Assembly: GCA_046597635.1 (NCBI GenBank) | Contig: JBKJKD010000144.1 | Location: forward strand, 2,905 to 66,904 | Length of the DNA stretch: 64,000 nt | Reading direction: 5' to 3' | Source of the DNA: Ferruginibacter sp. | Lineage (GTDB): Bacteria; Bacteroidota; Bacteroidia; Chitinophagales; Chitinophagaceae | Shown: piece by piece, positions 49,201-58,600 of the stretch | Numbering within the stretch: the first letter of the stretch is position 1 | Layout of the letters: each line of letters begins with the position of its first letter | The notes under the pieces: model-generated | Told to the model about the DNA's origin: nothing | The model's input: only the letters and a program-made list of their open reading frames with translations | The model's database searches: none | Program-made: the position numbers and the translations under genes

Positions 49201-49580
49201 ACTTTATGTTCCGCTCGCTGGCCTACGAATACCTCGGAAGGAATGATCTTGTTCATGTGTTGGACAAACCAGAAGTGCAAAATACCGGTACGGAAGAATG
49301 GGATATCAATTCGCCCACCATTGGCGACAGAAAACCAGACCTCAGTGAAGTAAGGGTATTGGGCGGAACTTCTAATGCAACTTCACCATCACCAGAAGTG
49401 AAACCGTACAAAGCTGCTTATGCTGCTAAATCGGCCACGATGAATATGAGTGCTTCTAATGCTGCTGCAAAAAATATGCAGAGCGATGCACCTGCCTGTA
49501 ATGTGTGCGGGCACATTACCGTTCGCAGTGGTACCTGTTACAAGTGTTTGAACTGTGGGAATAGTTTGGGATGTAGTTAG
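46206..49580 (+). CDS. nrdJ: Vitamin B12-dependent (class II) ribonucleotide reductase
   Basis: PNSPQWFNTG, HACFI, SNPCSEY, ACNLAS, IAPTGTI, TSCPD-like domain, C-terminal Cys ribbon. Confidence 0.96.
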   Translation: MPTKKRSTAALRISRQFTKEGISPYDMFEYDYRVSVIKNPSGEIVFQMDNVEVPRQWSQIATDILAQKYFRKAGVPQTDGTTGREKSSKEVAHRMAHCWRVWGERYGYFETEKDAEIFYDEMVYSILNQACVPNSPQWFNTGLHEVYGITGKPQGHYYVDQEDGMLKKSTSAYERPQPHACFILSVEDDLVNDGGIMDLWVREARIFKYGSGVGTNYSSIRGEKEKLSGGGTSSGLMSFLKIGDRAAGAIKSGGTTRRAAKMVCLDLDHPEIVEFVNWKVDEEKKVAALIAAGYPSDYEGEAYRTVSGQNSNNSVRVPNSFFKALDENGDWELKARSDGRTMQTVKAKDLWDQINYAAWRCADPGTQYDTTINEWHTCPEGGRIRASNPCSEYMFLDNTACNLASVNLRKFFNEADNSFDVAGFEHTCRLWTIVLEISVLMAQFPSKEVAQLSYDYRTLGLGYANLGSMLMVSGIAYDSEEARGIAGAITAIMTGVAYSTSAEMASFLGAFDKYELNKEHMMRVMRNHRAAAYDAMDAYEGLEIKPHGINAKYCPDYLLTAATKAWDNAVQQGEKYGYRNAQTTVIAPTGTIGLVMDCDTTGVEPDFALVKFKKLSGGGYFKIINQSVPQALRNLKYSEKELEEIVNYAKGHATLKGSPYINEISLSEKGFLPNEIEKLNAAMASAFEIGFVFNVFTLGEACLQRLGFTHEEYGNFEWSLLEALGFTDEQIDAANIYICGTMTVEGAPYLKDEHLSVFDCANKCGNTGERYIHAHGHIRMMAAAQPFLSGAISKTINLPNEAALEEIADSYRLSWELGLKACALYRDGSKLSQPLSNKSDKKKKTEDETKSNEMPAAEPVSALVDMSKLTIEDLLEEMNRRVQSSADTALKRQLAMIVERRALPAKRRGFTQKAKINGQALFLRTGEYNDGTLGEIFIDMAKEGATMRSMLNCFAIAISIGLQYGVPLEEYVEKFVFTRFEPAGMVEHPNIKTTTSIIDFMFRSLAYEYLGRNDLVHVLDKPEVQNTGTEEWDINSPTIGDRKPDLSEVRVLGGTSNATSPSPEVKPYKAAYAAKSATMNMSASNAAAKNMQSDAPACNVCGHITVRSGTCYKCLNCGNSLGCS

Positions 49581-49645
49581 GAACCCCTGAATCCCTCCCG
49601 ACTCATCGGGATAAATTCCGGGGACTTGGGAAGATTGTTAGATAT

Positions 49646-49676
49646 AGCCACCAGTTTAAAAGCTGGTGGTTTTTTT
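49646..49676 (+). terminator. Intrinsic terminator of nrdJ
   Basis: agccaccagt-ttaaa-agctggtggt followed by T-run. Confidence 0.8.
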
Positions 49677-49683
49677 ATCTATA

Positions 49684-49819
49684 AAACCGCTGTCGGGGCG
49701 GACAGCCGCCGACAGGGTTGCGAGAAACCCCGACAGCGGCTCCAGGCCCTATCGGCGGTTGGTGAAAAGAACGATGCAGCTTAAACCCCGACAGCGGCTT
49801 CAAGCCCTGTCGGCGGTTT
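49684..49819. repeat. Triple REP block (left of RAYT)
   Basis: Three imperfect palindromes of type aaacc-ccgacag-cggct-N-agcc-ctgtcgg-cggttt at 49684-49719 (reverse), 49725-49760 and 49783-49819. Confidence 0.9.
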
Positions 49820-49872
49820 GCGGGAAAAGGAAAAGGCTTTTGATTTGAAATAAAATATTTTTACATTGTTCC

Positions 49873-50469
49873 ATGAGAGTAATTGAACCCCTTGAACCTG
49901 GTAACATCTATCATATATTTAACCGTGGCAATAACGGAGAAGATATCTTTAAAGAGAGAAAGAATTACAATTATTTTCTTCTCAAATACAAGGAATATTG
50001 CGAAGCCGTTTTTGATACGTATGCTTATAATCTCCTGAAAAATCACTTCCATTTAATGGTTAAGGTGAAGGAAAAACGTCTCGTTCCAAGAAAAGACGGA
50101 AAAGGAGAAATAGAACTGAATGCATCCAGACAACTCTCTCATTTTTTTAACTGTTATGCACAGTCTATAAATAAAGCACATAACCGACACGGTAAACTAC
50201 TGGAAGAACCATTCCGCAGGATAGAAGTTACCACAGATGAATACTTCACTTCCCTTATCTATTACATTCACTTTAATGCGCAACATCACCATTTCGTAAA
50301 AGACTTTAGGAATTGGGAATTTACCTCCTGGCATAGTTATGTGAGTGATGAGAATTGCTTCCTTGAAAAATCTTCTGTAATAGGATGGTTTGGAAATAAA
50401 AAACATTTTATTGACGCACACTTAGGCAATGCAGGTTTTGATAATATTTCTCATTTAACTTTGGAATAG
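49873..50469 (+). mobile_element. REP-associated tyrosine transposase (RAYT, Y1 HUH)
   Basis: YHIFNRGNN...IF, YAYNLLKNHFH (HUH), YIHFNA (catalytic Tyr), W..TSW; flanked by REPs. Confidence 0.9.
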
Positions 50470-50481
50470 GAAGTTTATCAT

Positions 50482-50617
50482 AAACCGCTGTCGGTGCTTA
50501 TAGCCGCCGACAGGGTTAAGCGCCACCACGACAGCGGTTGAAAACACTGTCGACGGTTGAACAGAAAATAAAACGTTCAAAAACCCCTACAGCGGCTCTA
50601 AGCCCTGTCGGCGGTTT
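50482..50617. repeat. Triple REP block (right of RAYT), colinear direct repeat of 49684-49819
   Basis: Same 136-bp length and unit order/orientation, offset 798 bp. Confidence 0.9.
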
Positions 50618-50726
50618 AAAAAATATGACCGATCCAAGACCCTGTAATCGGTACTGAGCCCTTTCGTATCATTAGCATCCAAATCCTCCTTTGTCTTCAA
50701 CCCCTCAATCTATTATCTTTGCGGCC

Positions 50727-52187
50727 ATGGCAAACGAAACAAATAATTTTGCAGCGCTGATTGCGCATTGCAAAGAATATGGCTACATTTTTCAAAGCAG
50801 CGAACTCTATGATGGCCTTGCGGCGGTATATGATTATGGCCAGATGGGTGCCCAACTCAAGAAAAACCTGAGGGACGAATGGTGGAAGAGCATGACCCAG
50901 ATGCATGATAACATTGTGGGTATTGATGCGGCCATTTTTATGCATCCAACCGTGTGGAAGGCGAGCGGCCACGTAGATAATTTTAGCGACCCGATGATTG
51001 ACAACAAAGACAGCAACAAACGCTACCGGGTAGATCATTTGATTGAAGGCTTTGCAGAAGAGCAATTGGCAATTGGTAATAAGGAATTGGCAGATAATTT
51101 ACTGGCAGAAATGGATAAGCTACTGGCGGCAACAGATTACGCCGGTATCAAGCAATTAATTGAAGACAATAAAATTAAATGTGCCATCAGTAAAACCTGT
51201 AACTGGACGGAGGTACGGGAATTCAACCTCATGTTCAATACGCAGATAGGCAGCGTTGCGGAAGAAAGCGAAACCATTTACCTACGCCCGGAAACAGCAC
51301 AAGGCATTTTTGTAAACTTTTTAAATGTGCAAAAAACCGGTCGTATGAAAATACCTTTTGGTATTGCACAAACGGGTAAAGCTTTTAGAAATGAAATTGT
51401 AGCAAGGCAGTTTATTTTTAGAATGCGGGAATTTGAACAAATGGAAATGCAATTTTTTATCCGCCCCGGCACACAAATGGATTGGTATAATTTCTGGAAA
51501 GACGAAAGAAAAAAATGGCATGAAAGTATTGGCATCCCGGCAGAAAAATTACGTTTTCATGATCATGTAAAACTGGCGCATTACGCAGATGCTGCGCTGG
51601 ATATTGAATTTGAATTTCCCTTTGGTTGGAAAGAACTGGAAGGCATACATAGCCGCACTGATTTTGATTTGACGCAACACTCCAAATTCAGCAAAAAGAA
51701 AATACAGTATTTTGACAACGACCTTAACCCTGAAGGAAAACCTTACGGCAACTACACGCCTTATGTGGTAGAAACCTCTGTTGGTCTTGATCGTTTGTTC
51801 CTGACTGTTATGAGCCTGGCTTATGCAGAAGAAAAGTGGACCAAAGAAGATGGTACCGAAGACAGCCGGGTGGTGCTGCGCATTCCGGCAAAAATTGCTC
51901 CTACCAAACTGGCCATTTTGCCTTTGCTTAAAAAAGATGGCTTACCAGAAATAGCCAAGGGACTTTTGGACGAATGCAAAGGAGCCTTCATGTGTTTTTA
52001 TGAAGAGAAAGATGCCATCGGCAAACGTTACCGTCGCATGGATGCGATAGGCACACCCTTTTGTGTAACCATCGATCATCAAACAAAAGAAGACAATACC
52101 GTAACCATTCGCTACCGGGATGATATGAGGCAGGAAAGAATTGCCTTGAGTGAAGTGAAGAAATTGGTGATGGAAAAGATTGGATAA
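50727..52187 (+). CDS. glyQS: Glycine--tRNA ligase (alpha2 type; start moved to MANETNN)
   Basis: ASGHVDNF.DP, YLRPETAQGIF, AFRNEI..RQFIFRMREFEQ.E, IGKRYRR.D.IGTP. Confidence 0.97.
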   Translation: MANETNNFAALIAHCKEYGYIFQSSELYDGLAAVYDYGQMGAQLKKNLRDEWWKSMTQMHDNIVGIDAAIFMHPTVWKASGHVDNFSDPMIDNKDSNKRYRVDHLIEGFAEEQLAIGNKELADNLLAEMDKLLAATDYAGIKQLIEDNKIKCAISKTCNWTEVREFNLMFNTQIGSVAEESETIYLRPETAQGIFVNFLNVQKTGRMKIPFGIAQTGKAFRNEIVARQFIFRMREFEQMEMQFFIRPGTQMDWYNFWKDERKKWHESIGIPAEKLRFHDHVKLAHYADAALDIEFEFPFGWKELEGIHSRTDFDLTQHSKFSKKKIQYFDNDLNPEGKPYGNYTPYVVETSVGLDRLFLTVMSLAYAEEKWTKEDGTEDSRVVLRIPAKIAPTKLAILPLLKKDGLPEIAKGLLDECKGAFMCFYEEKDAIGKRYRRMDAIGTPFCVTIDHQTKEDNTVTIRYRDDMRQERIALSEVKKLVMEKIG

Positions 52188-52207
52188 ACTTTTAACAAAC
52201 AAAATTT

Positions 52208-52242
52208 AAAAAGAGGAACAAGAAATTGCTTCCTCTTTTTTT
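52208..52242. terminator. Terminator after glyQS
   Basis: aaaaagaggaa...ttcctcttttttt. Confidence 0.7.
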
Positions 52243-52337
52243 AAAAGTGATCTACAGCTTTTGAAAATATATAAAACTGAATACTCAGTCTACACCCAAT
52301 TTAGCTTACCTGAACATATCTTTGTTACTTTGCTAAA

Positions 52338-53147
52338 GTGAATAACCAAACCACCATATCATTAATAGAAAAGTTCCAGTCATTAAACTTATCATCCATT
52401 ATCGACTTTGATAAATTTAATGGCTATGCTATTACGCATCATTCTACCACAATCGAAGGCAGCACACTTACAGAAACAGAAACCAGGCTTTTGTTAGATG
52501 AAGGCATTACGCCGGCTGGCAAACCTTTATTGCATAGCTTAATGGTACAGGATCATTACAATGCTTTATTATTGATTACTGAAAAAGCAAAATCAAAAAT
52601 TGAACTGAGTCCTGCCTTCATCCAGCAAATAAATGCTGCAGTAATGAAACAAACCGGAAGCATCTATCAAACCGTTTTTGGTGAACTGAATGCCGCAAAG
52701 GGTGATTTTAGAAAAGGGAATGTAAGCGCAGGCAGTACTTATTTTGTAGGTTACGAAAAAGTAGAAGGGCTTGTAAAAAAACTCTGCGACAGCATCAATC
52801 AAAGAATAAGTGGAGTTAGTGCTATCATAGATAAATTGAACATCTGTTTTGATGCTCACTTTGACCTGGTAACAGTGCATCCATTTTATGATGGCAACGG
52901 CAGAACGAGCCGCCTTCTGATGAACTATTTGCAATTACTATTTGATTTTCCCGCAGCTATTGTTTTTAAAGAAGATAAAGCGCTCTACTTCGAAGCGCTG
53001 CAACAAACGAGATCCATGGAAGATATCAGCATTTTTAGATCCTTTATGTACCATCAATACGAAAAATACCTCCAAATTGAGATCAACAAGTTTGAACAGG
53101 CGACCTCTCCGGGAGAAAAAGGAAAGGGATACTCCTTTATATTTTAA
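52338..53147 (+). CDS. Fic family protein (class II, N-terminal inhibitory motif)
   Basis: STTIEG inhibitory motif and canonical HPFYDGNGRTSR; GTG start. Confidence 0.93.
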   Translation: MNNQTTISLIEKFQSLNLSSIIDFDKFNGYAITHHSTTIEGSTLTETETRLLLDEGITPAGKPLLHSLMVQDHYNALLLITEKAKSKIELSPAFIQQINAAVMKQTGSIYQTVFGELNAAKGDFRKGNVSAGSTYFVGYEKVEGLVKKLCDSINQRISGVSAIIDKLNICFDAHFDLVTVHPFYDGNGRTSRLLMNYLQLLFDFPAAIVFKEDKALYFEALQQTRSMEDISIFRSFMYHQYEKYLQIEINKFEQATSPGEKGKGYSFIF

Positions 53148-53260
53148 TCATCCTTTTCAAAATTATCAACCCTATTTAACAGCTACCCATGCAGCACAAT
53201 GAGTAGTCTCATACTCATCTTCTCAACAATCATTTAATCAACCTCAAATTAACTCAACTT

Positions 53261-53791
53261 ATGAAAGCAGTATTGCTTATTTCTTTTTTATGTATCAGTG
53301 GAATCGTTATGGCACAGGAAGCAACTACTTCTAAAATCCCCGGCCAAACAAGTTTCTATGCAGAACTGGGCGGCCCCGGCATTTTATTTTCTGCCAATAT
53401 TGACAGGCGCTTTATTAAATCTCACCTTGGTATTGGTGGTAGAGTTGGTATTGGCTTTGTGAGTGGCTATACTTACTATAACACAAATGGTAATTTTAAT
53501 TCTGAGCAGAGATCGGTAGTGACTGTTCCAATACAACTGAACTATGTTTTTGGCAAAGCCAACTCTGTACACACTTTTGAAGTAGGTGCAGGTGCTACAT
53601 TCACCGGCAAAAAAGTAGACATACTCGATTTCTATGACGAAAACAGATCATCGGTTTTTGGTACGGCCTCCTTCATGTACCGCAGGCAACCTAAAGACGG
53701 CGGCTTTTCCTGGCGGATTGGTTTTACTCCACTCATTGCAGGGGGGTTTATACAACCTTCCGGAGCAGTAAGCGTAGGGTACAATTTTTAA
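53261..53791 (+). CDS. Small outer-membrane beta-barrel protein, function unknown
   Basis: Signal peptide, Gly/aromatic beta-strands, ends SVGYNF. Confidence 0.75.
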   Translation: MKAVLLISFLCISGIVMAQEATTSKIPGQTSFYAELGGPGILFSANIDRRFIKSHLGIGGRVGIGFVSGYTYYNTNGNFNSEQRSVVTVPIQLNYVFGKANSVHTFEVGAGATFTGKKVDILDFYDENRSSVFGTASFMYRRQPKDGGFSWRIGFTPLIAGGFIQPSGAVSVGYNF

Positions 53792-53811
53792 ACATTAAAA
53801 AGCAACGCCCG

Positions 53812-53837
53812 GCCAGCACTTCGTGCTGGCTTTTTTT
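53812..53837 (+). terminator. Intrinsic terminator
   Basis: gccagcac-ttc-gtgctggc followed by T7. Confidence 0.9.
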
Positions 53838-53870
53838 ATGCCGGTAAGTCACGGGCATTTTACATTAAAG

Positions 53871-53906
53871 CTGATAACTATCACACATAGGGCTGTGCTA
53901 TATCAA
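53871..53906. promoter_or_regulatory. FNR/CRP-like boxes upstream of the PFOR operon
   Basis: CTGAT-AACT-ATCAC (53871-53884) and CTGTG-CTAT-ATCAA (53893-53906) versus TTGAT-N4-ATCAA. Confidence 0.5.
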
Positions 53907-53967
53907 TGGTTGGGGTGAAGCCTGCGCTTAATTTAGTAGGCGTATTACCATCACCTAATTTATAAAA

Positions 53968-55617
53968 ATGTCATACATAGACATCACCAAACCTGCGGAC
54001 CTCACAAGTCATGCAGATGGTACGGGCCCCACCAGAATGCGTCGCCCGGTTTACCTCGATTTTATGCCCCCATGCAACAGCGCCTGCCCGGCCGGAGAAA
54101 ACATACAGGCCTGGATGGCATATGCGCAGGCAGGCAAATATTTTGAAGCGTTTCAAACACTGGTTGAAGACAACCCCTTTCCTGCCATCATGGGTAGGGT
54201 TTGCGTAAAACCATGTGAAACCGGCTGTAACCGCACACATATAGACAGCACCGTAAATATACATGCGGTAGAACGGTACATTGGTGACGAAGCCATCAAA
54301 CAAAAATGGCCCATCCAGTACCGTACTAATACCTCTGGCAAAAAAGTATTGGTTATTGGTGCAGGCCCCTCCGGATTATCTGCAGCGTATCATTTGGTAC
54401 GTATGGGTCACACCGTTGAAATCTTTGAGGCAGGTAGTCATCCGGGAGGTTTGTTGTGGAGCGGTATACCAGATTATCGGTTACCGAAAAATATTTTAGA
54501 TAGTGAAGTAAACCGTATTGTAAAAGCGGGCGTAAAAATAAGGCTGAATTATAAAGTAGAAGATGTAGTTAGTGAAAAGGAAAACGGAAAATTTGATGCT
54601 GTCTATCTTGCCATCGGCGCCCAGCTTATTTCTAAAGAAAATATTAACCACGACGATTCTGTTTACATCACAGATGCATTCTCGTTTTTTAAAGAGTCAA
54701 AATCAAATTCGTCTCCTTTTATACAAAAGAAAGTAGCTATTTACGGAGGAGGTAAACTTGCCTTATACCTTGCCCGGATGCTGATGAGATTTGGCTCAGA
54801 AGCGACAGTATATTTTGCCGGGGATAAAAAGTTAATGCCTGCCTATGATTATGAAACAGAAGATGCCCTGGCCGAAGGAGTAGATGTACAACTCTTACGA
54901 AGCATCAGCAGCATCGAGAAAAATAAGATTAAGCTGGAGAAAATGGCAGTAGAAAAAGGCAACGCTGTGGGCTCCGGTGAATTTGAGACCGTAGATGCAG
55001 ATATCCTGATTCTTGCCAACAGGCAGAAACCAGACACGGGCTTCCTGCGTGGTTTGAGAAATCTGATTTTTAATGAAGATGAAACGATAAAAATTGATAT
55101 CCAGAGAATGACGGGCCAAGAAGGAATTTTTGCAGGTGGCGACATGCTGCCCGGCGAAAACAGGAGTGCCAGCATTGCAATAGGCCAGGGTAAAAAAGCC
55201 GCCCGTTTCATAGACAGCTATTTAAACCAGCAAGCATTTATTAAAGGAGAAAAACATCCAACAGCAAGTTACCGCAAACTACATATGTGGTATAAAACGG
55301 ATGCACCCATTAAAGAACAAGATAAACTTCCTCCACAGGTTGCCATAAAAAATTTCGATGAAGTGAACGCTGGCCTGGCGGAAAAAGAAGCCCGCTACGA
55401 AGCCCAACGTTGCCTGAGTTGCGGCAACTGTTTTGAATGTGACGGTTGTTTTGGCGCCTGCCCGGAAGAGGCGATTATTAAACTGGGGCCGGGCAAGCGC
55501 TACAAGTTTGATTTTGATAAATGCACGGGCTGTGGTGTTTGTTTTGAACAATGCCCCTGCCATGCCATTGAAATGATTCCTGAACCCACTAAAGAACTAA
55601 CAGATGCCAGCAAATAA
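53968..55617 (+). CDS. GltD/PreT-like FAD and Fe-S oxidoreductase with C-terminal 2x[4Fe-4S] domain
   Basis: PPCNSACP...GRVC..PCE.GC.R, GAGPSG, CLSCGNCFECDGCFGACP, CTGCGVCFEQCP. Confidence 0.88.
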   Translation: MSYIDITKPADLTSHADGTGPTRMRRPVYLDFMPPCNSACPAGENIQAWMAYAQAGKYFEAFQTLVEDNPFPAIMGRVCVKPCETGCNRTHIDSTVNIHAVERYIGDEAIKQKWPIQYRTNTSGKKVLVIGAGPSGLSAAYHLVRMGHTVEIFEAGSHPGGLLWSGIPDYRLPKNILDSEVNRIVKAGVKIRLNYKVEDVVSEKENGKFDAVYLAIGAQLISKENINHDDSVYITDAFSFFKESKSNSSPFIQKKVAIYGGGKLALYLARMLMRFGSEATVYFAGDKKLMPAYDYETEDALAEGVDVQLLRSISSIEKNKIKLEKMAVEKGNAVGSGEFETVDADILILANRQKPDTGFLRGLRNLIFNEDETIKIDIQRMTGQEGIFAGGDMLPGENRSASIAIGQGKKAARFIDSYLNQQAFIKGEKHPTASYRKLHMWYKTDAPIKEQDKLPPQVAIKNFDEVNAGLAEKEARYEAQRCLSCGNCFECDGCFGACPEEAIIKLGPGKRYKFDFDKCTGCGVCFEQCPCHAIEMIPEPTKELTDASK

Positions 55618-58600
55618 AAAATTAGTAGCCACCATAGATGGTAACGAAGCCGCTGCATATGTAGCCTACAGGGTAAATGAAGTTTGCGCCATCTATCCAA
55701 TCACACCCTCCTCTACCATGGCTGAACTTGCTGATGAGTGGAGTGCCAAAGGAATAAAGAATATCTGGGGCAGTGTTCCCGATGTTATAGAAATGCAGAG
55801 TGAAGGCGGCGCAGCCGGAACTGTACATGGTGCCTTACAAACTGGTGCCCTCACTACTACTTTCACTGCTTCGCAGGGGCTGATGCTTATGCTGCCGAAT
55901 ATGTATAAAATAGCAGGAGAATTAACTGCCACCGTATTTCATATTGCAGCCCGTTCGCTGGCTGCACAGGGCCTGTCTATTTTTGGCGATCACCAGGATG
56001 TGATGGCTGCTAGAACAACAGGTTTTGCATTACTCGGTTCTGCCAGCGTGCAGGAGGCACATGATTTTGCATTGATAGCACAAAACGCAACCCTGAGATC
56101 AAGGATTCCTTTCATGCATTTTTTTGATGGCTTCCGCACATCGCATGAAGTAAACAAACTGGAATTGTTATCAGACGAACAAATCAAACAAATGATTCCG
56201 GATGAATATGTTTTTGCACATCGCAAAAGAGCATTAAATCCGGATAGTCCATTTATAAGAGGTACAGCTCAAAACCCGGATGTTTACTTCCAGGGACGTG
56301 AAACCGTAAATGCATTTTATGATAAAACACCGGGCATTGTAGAAGATGCCATGAGGCAGTTTGAAGAAATGACCGGCAGAAAATATGAACTCTTTCAATA
56401 CAGCGGTGCCGCAGATGCAAAACACATTACCGTAGTAATGGGTAGCGGATGCGAAACGGTGGATGAAACCGTGCAGGCATTGAATGCTGCCGGAGAAAAA
56501 AACGGTGTGGTGCAGGTAAGATTGTACCGCCCTTTCTCTACAGAACATTTCATAAAATCTCTGCCTGCCTCTGTTGAATCTATTGCTGTGCTGGATCGTA
56601 CCAAAGAATCCGGTGCTACCGGCGAACCGCTTTACCAGGATGTGCTCGCTGCATTAGTAGAAGGATTACAACAAAATAAATTATCAAAACTGCCCAATGT
56701 TATTGGTGGCCGCTACGGCTTATCATCAAAAGAATTTACACCAGCCATGGTAAAAGGAATTTATGATGAAATGCTGAAACCGGTTCCAAAAAATCATTTT
56801 ACAATCGGTATTAATGATGATGTTACCCATACAAGTTTAGATTACAATGAAGCCTATTCATTAGACGAATCAGAATGGAGGCAGGCATTGTTCTTTGGCC
56901 TTGGCGCCGATGGTACCGTAGGTGCCAACAAAAACAGTATTAAGATCATTGGAGAAAATACAGATCTTTTTGCACAGGGATATTTTGTATATGATTCAAA
57001 AAAATCTGGTGCAAGAACAGTGTCACATTTGCGTTTTGGTCCAAAACCAATCAGGGCACCGTACTTAATAACTCGTGCCGATTTTATCGCCTGTCACCAG
57101 TTTAACTTTACAGAAAAAGTAGAAATGCTTAACCTGATTAAAACGGGTGGAACATTTTTATTAAACAGTCCTTACCCTAAACAGGAAGTGTGGAGCCAAT
57201 TGCCGGGCAATGTTCAAAAAGATATTATCAGCAAAAAATTAAAGTTTTATATTATCGATGCCACTACGGTAGCAAGAGATACCGGTATGAATGGCAGAAT
57301 TAATACCATCATGCAAACCTGCTTTTTTGCATTAAGTGGTGTGCTTCCAAAAGATGAAGCCATCGAACAAATAAAATATGCCATTAAAAAAACCTATTCT
57401 AAAAAAGGCAAAGGAATTGTAGAACAAAATTATAAAGCAGTAGATGCCACGCTGGAACATTTGCATGAAGTAACCGTGCCGGAAGAAGCTACGTCTGTTG
57501 GCACAATGCTTTCCATCGTATCCTCAGAAGCACCAGATTTTGTAAAAGATGTTACGGCTATGATGATGAGCGGCCATGGCGATGAAATACCGGTAAGTAA
57601 AATGTCGGTAGATGGTACTTATCCAAGCGGCACTACCAAATGGGAAAAAAGAAATATTGCAGACCTTGTTCCACTTTGGGATGAAGACACCTGTATTCAA
57701 TGTGGCAACTGTGCATATGTTTGCCCGCACGCTGTTATCCGTGCAAAATTTTATCATGAAGATTTTTTAAAGAAAGCACCGGAAGGATTTCAATCTGCAC
57801 CCATCAATTCCCGGGGCTTTCCTGAAACAAAATACACCTTACAGGTATATGCCGAAGATTGCACCGGTTGTAATTTATGCGTAGAAGTTTGCCCTGCTAC
57901 CAACCCGCTGGATCGTTCTTTAAAAGCCATCAACATGACGGAGAAAGAACCGATTCTTGAAAAAGCAAAACAACATATTACCTTCTTTGAAGACCTGCCA
58001 TGGAACAACCGTTCTGAAATTAATTTTTCTACCGTGCATGGTGCACAATTCATGGAGCCTTTGTTTGAATTTTCCGGCGCCTGTGCAGGATGTGGCGAAA
58101 CGCCTTATTTAAAATTATTGTCGCAGTTATTTGGCGACCGGTTGCTGATAGCCAACGCAACCGGATGCTCTTCTATTTATGGCGGTAATTTACCCACCAC
58201 ACCATGGACAAAAAATAAAGAAGGACAGGGTCCTGCCTGGTCTAACTCCTTGTTTGAAGACAATGCAGAATTTGGATTGGGCATGCGTATGACGGCAGAT
58301 TACCAACTTGCAATGGCCACCCGTATATTAAAAGAAATGGCACCGCAACTGGGCGAATCATTTGTAGATGAAATAATAAATGCCACACAATTACAGGAAT
58401 CGGATATAGCCGAACAACGCAAGCGTGTAAAAGAACTAAAAGAAAAATTAGAACTTATTCCGGATACCAAAGCAAAACATTTACTGTCTGTGTGCGAGCA
58501 GTTGGTGCACCGCAGTGTATGGTTGGTGGGCGGAGATGGATGGGCTTATGATATTGGCTACGGAGGATTGGATCATGCCCTTGCCAGTGGTAAAAACATC

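Noticed and set aside
46206-49580. Intein in the long NrdJ
   Set aside because: No C/S...HN-C/S/T splice motifs or LAGLIDADG blocks were seen. The length is explained by the TSCPD-like and Cys-ribbon domains.
49873-50469. IS200/IS605 insertion sequence
   Set aside because: No tnpB and no single subterminal hairpin pair. Multiple REP palindromes on both sides fit RAYT.
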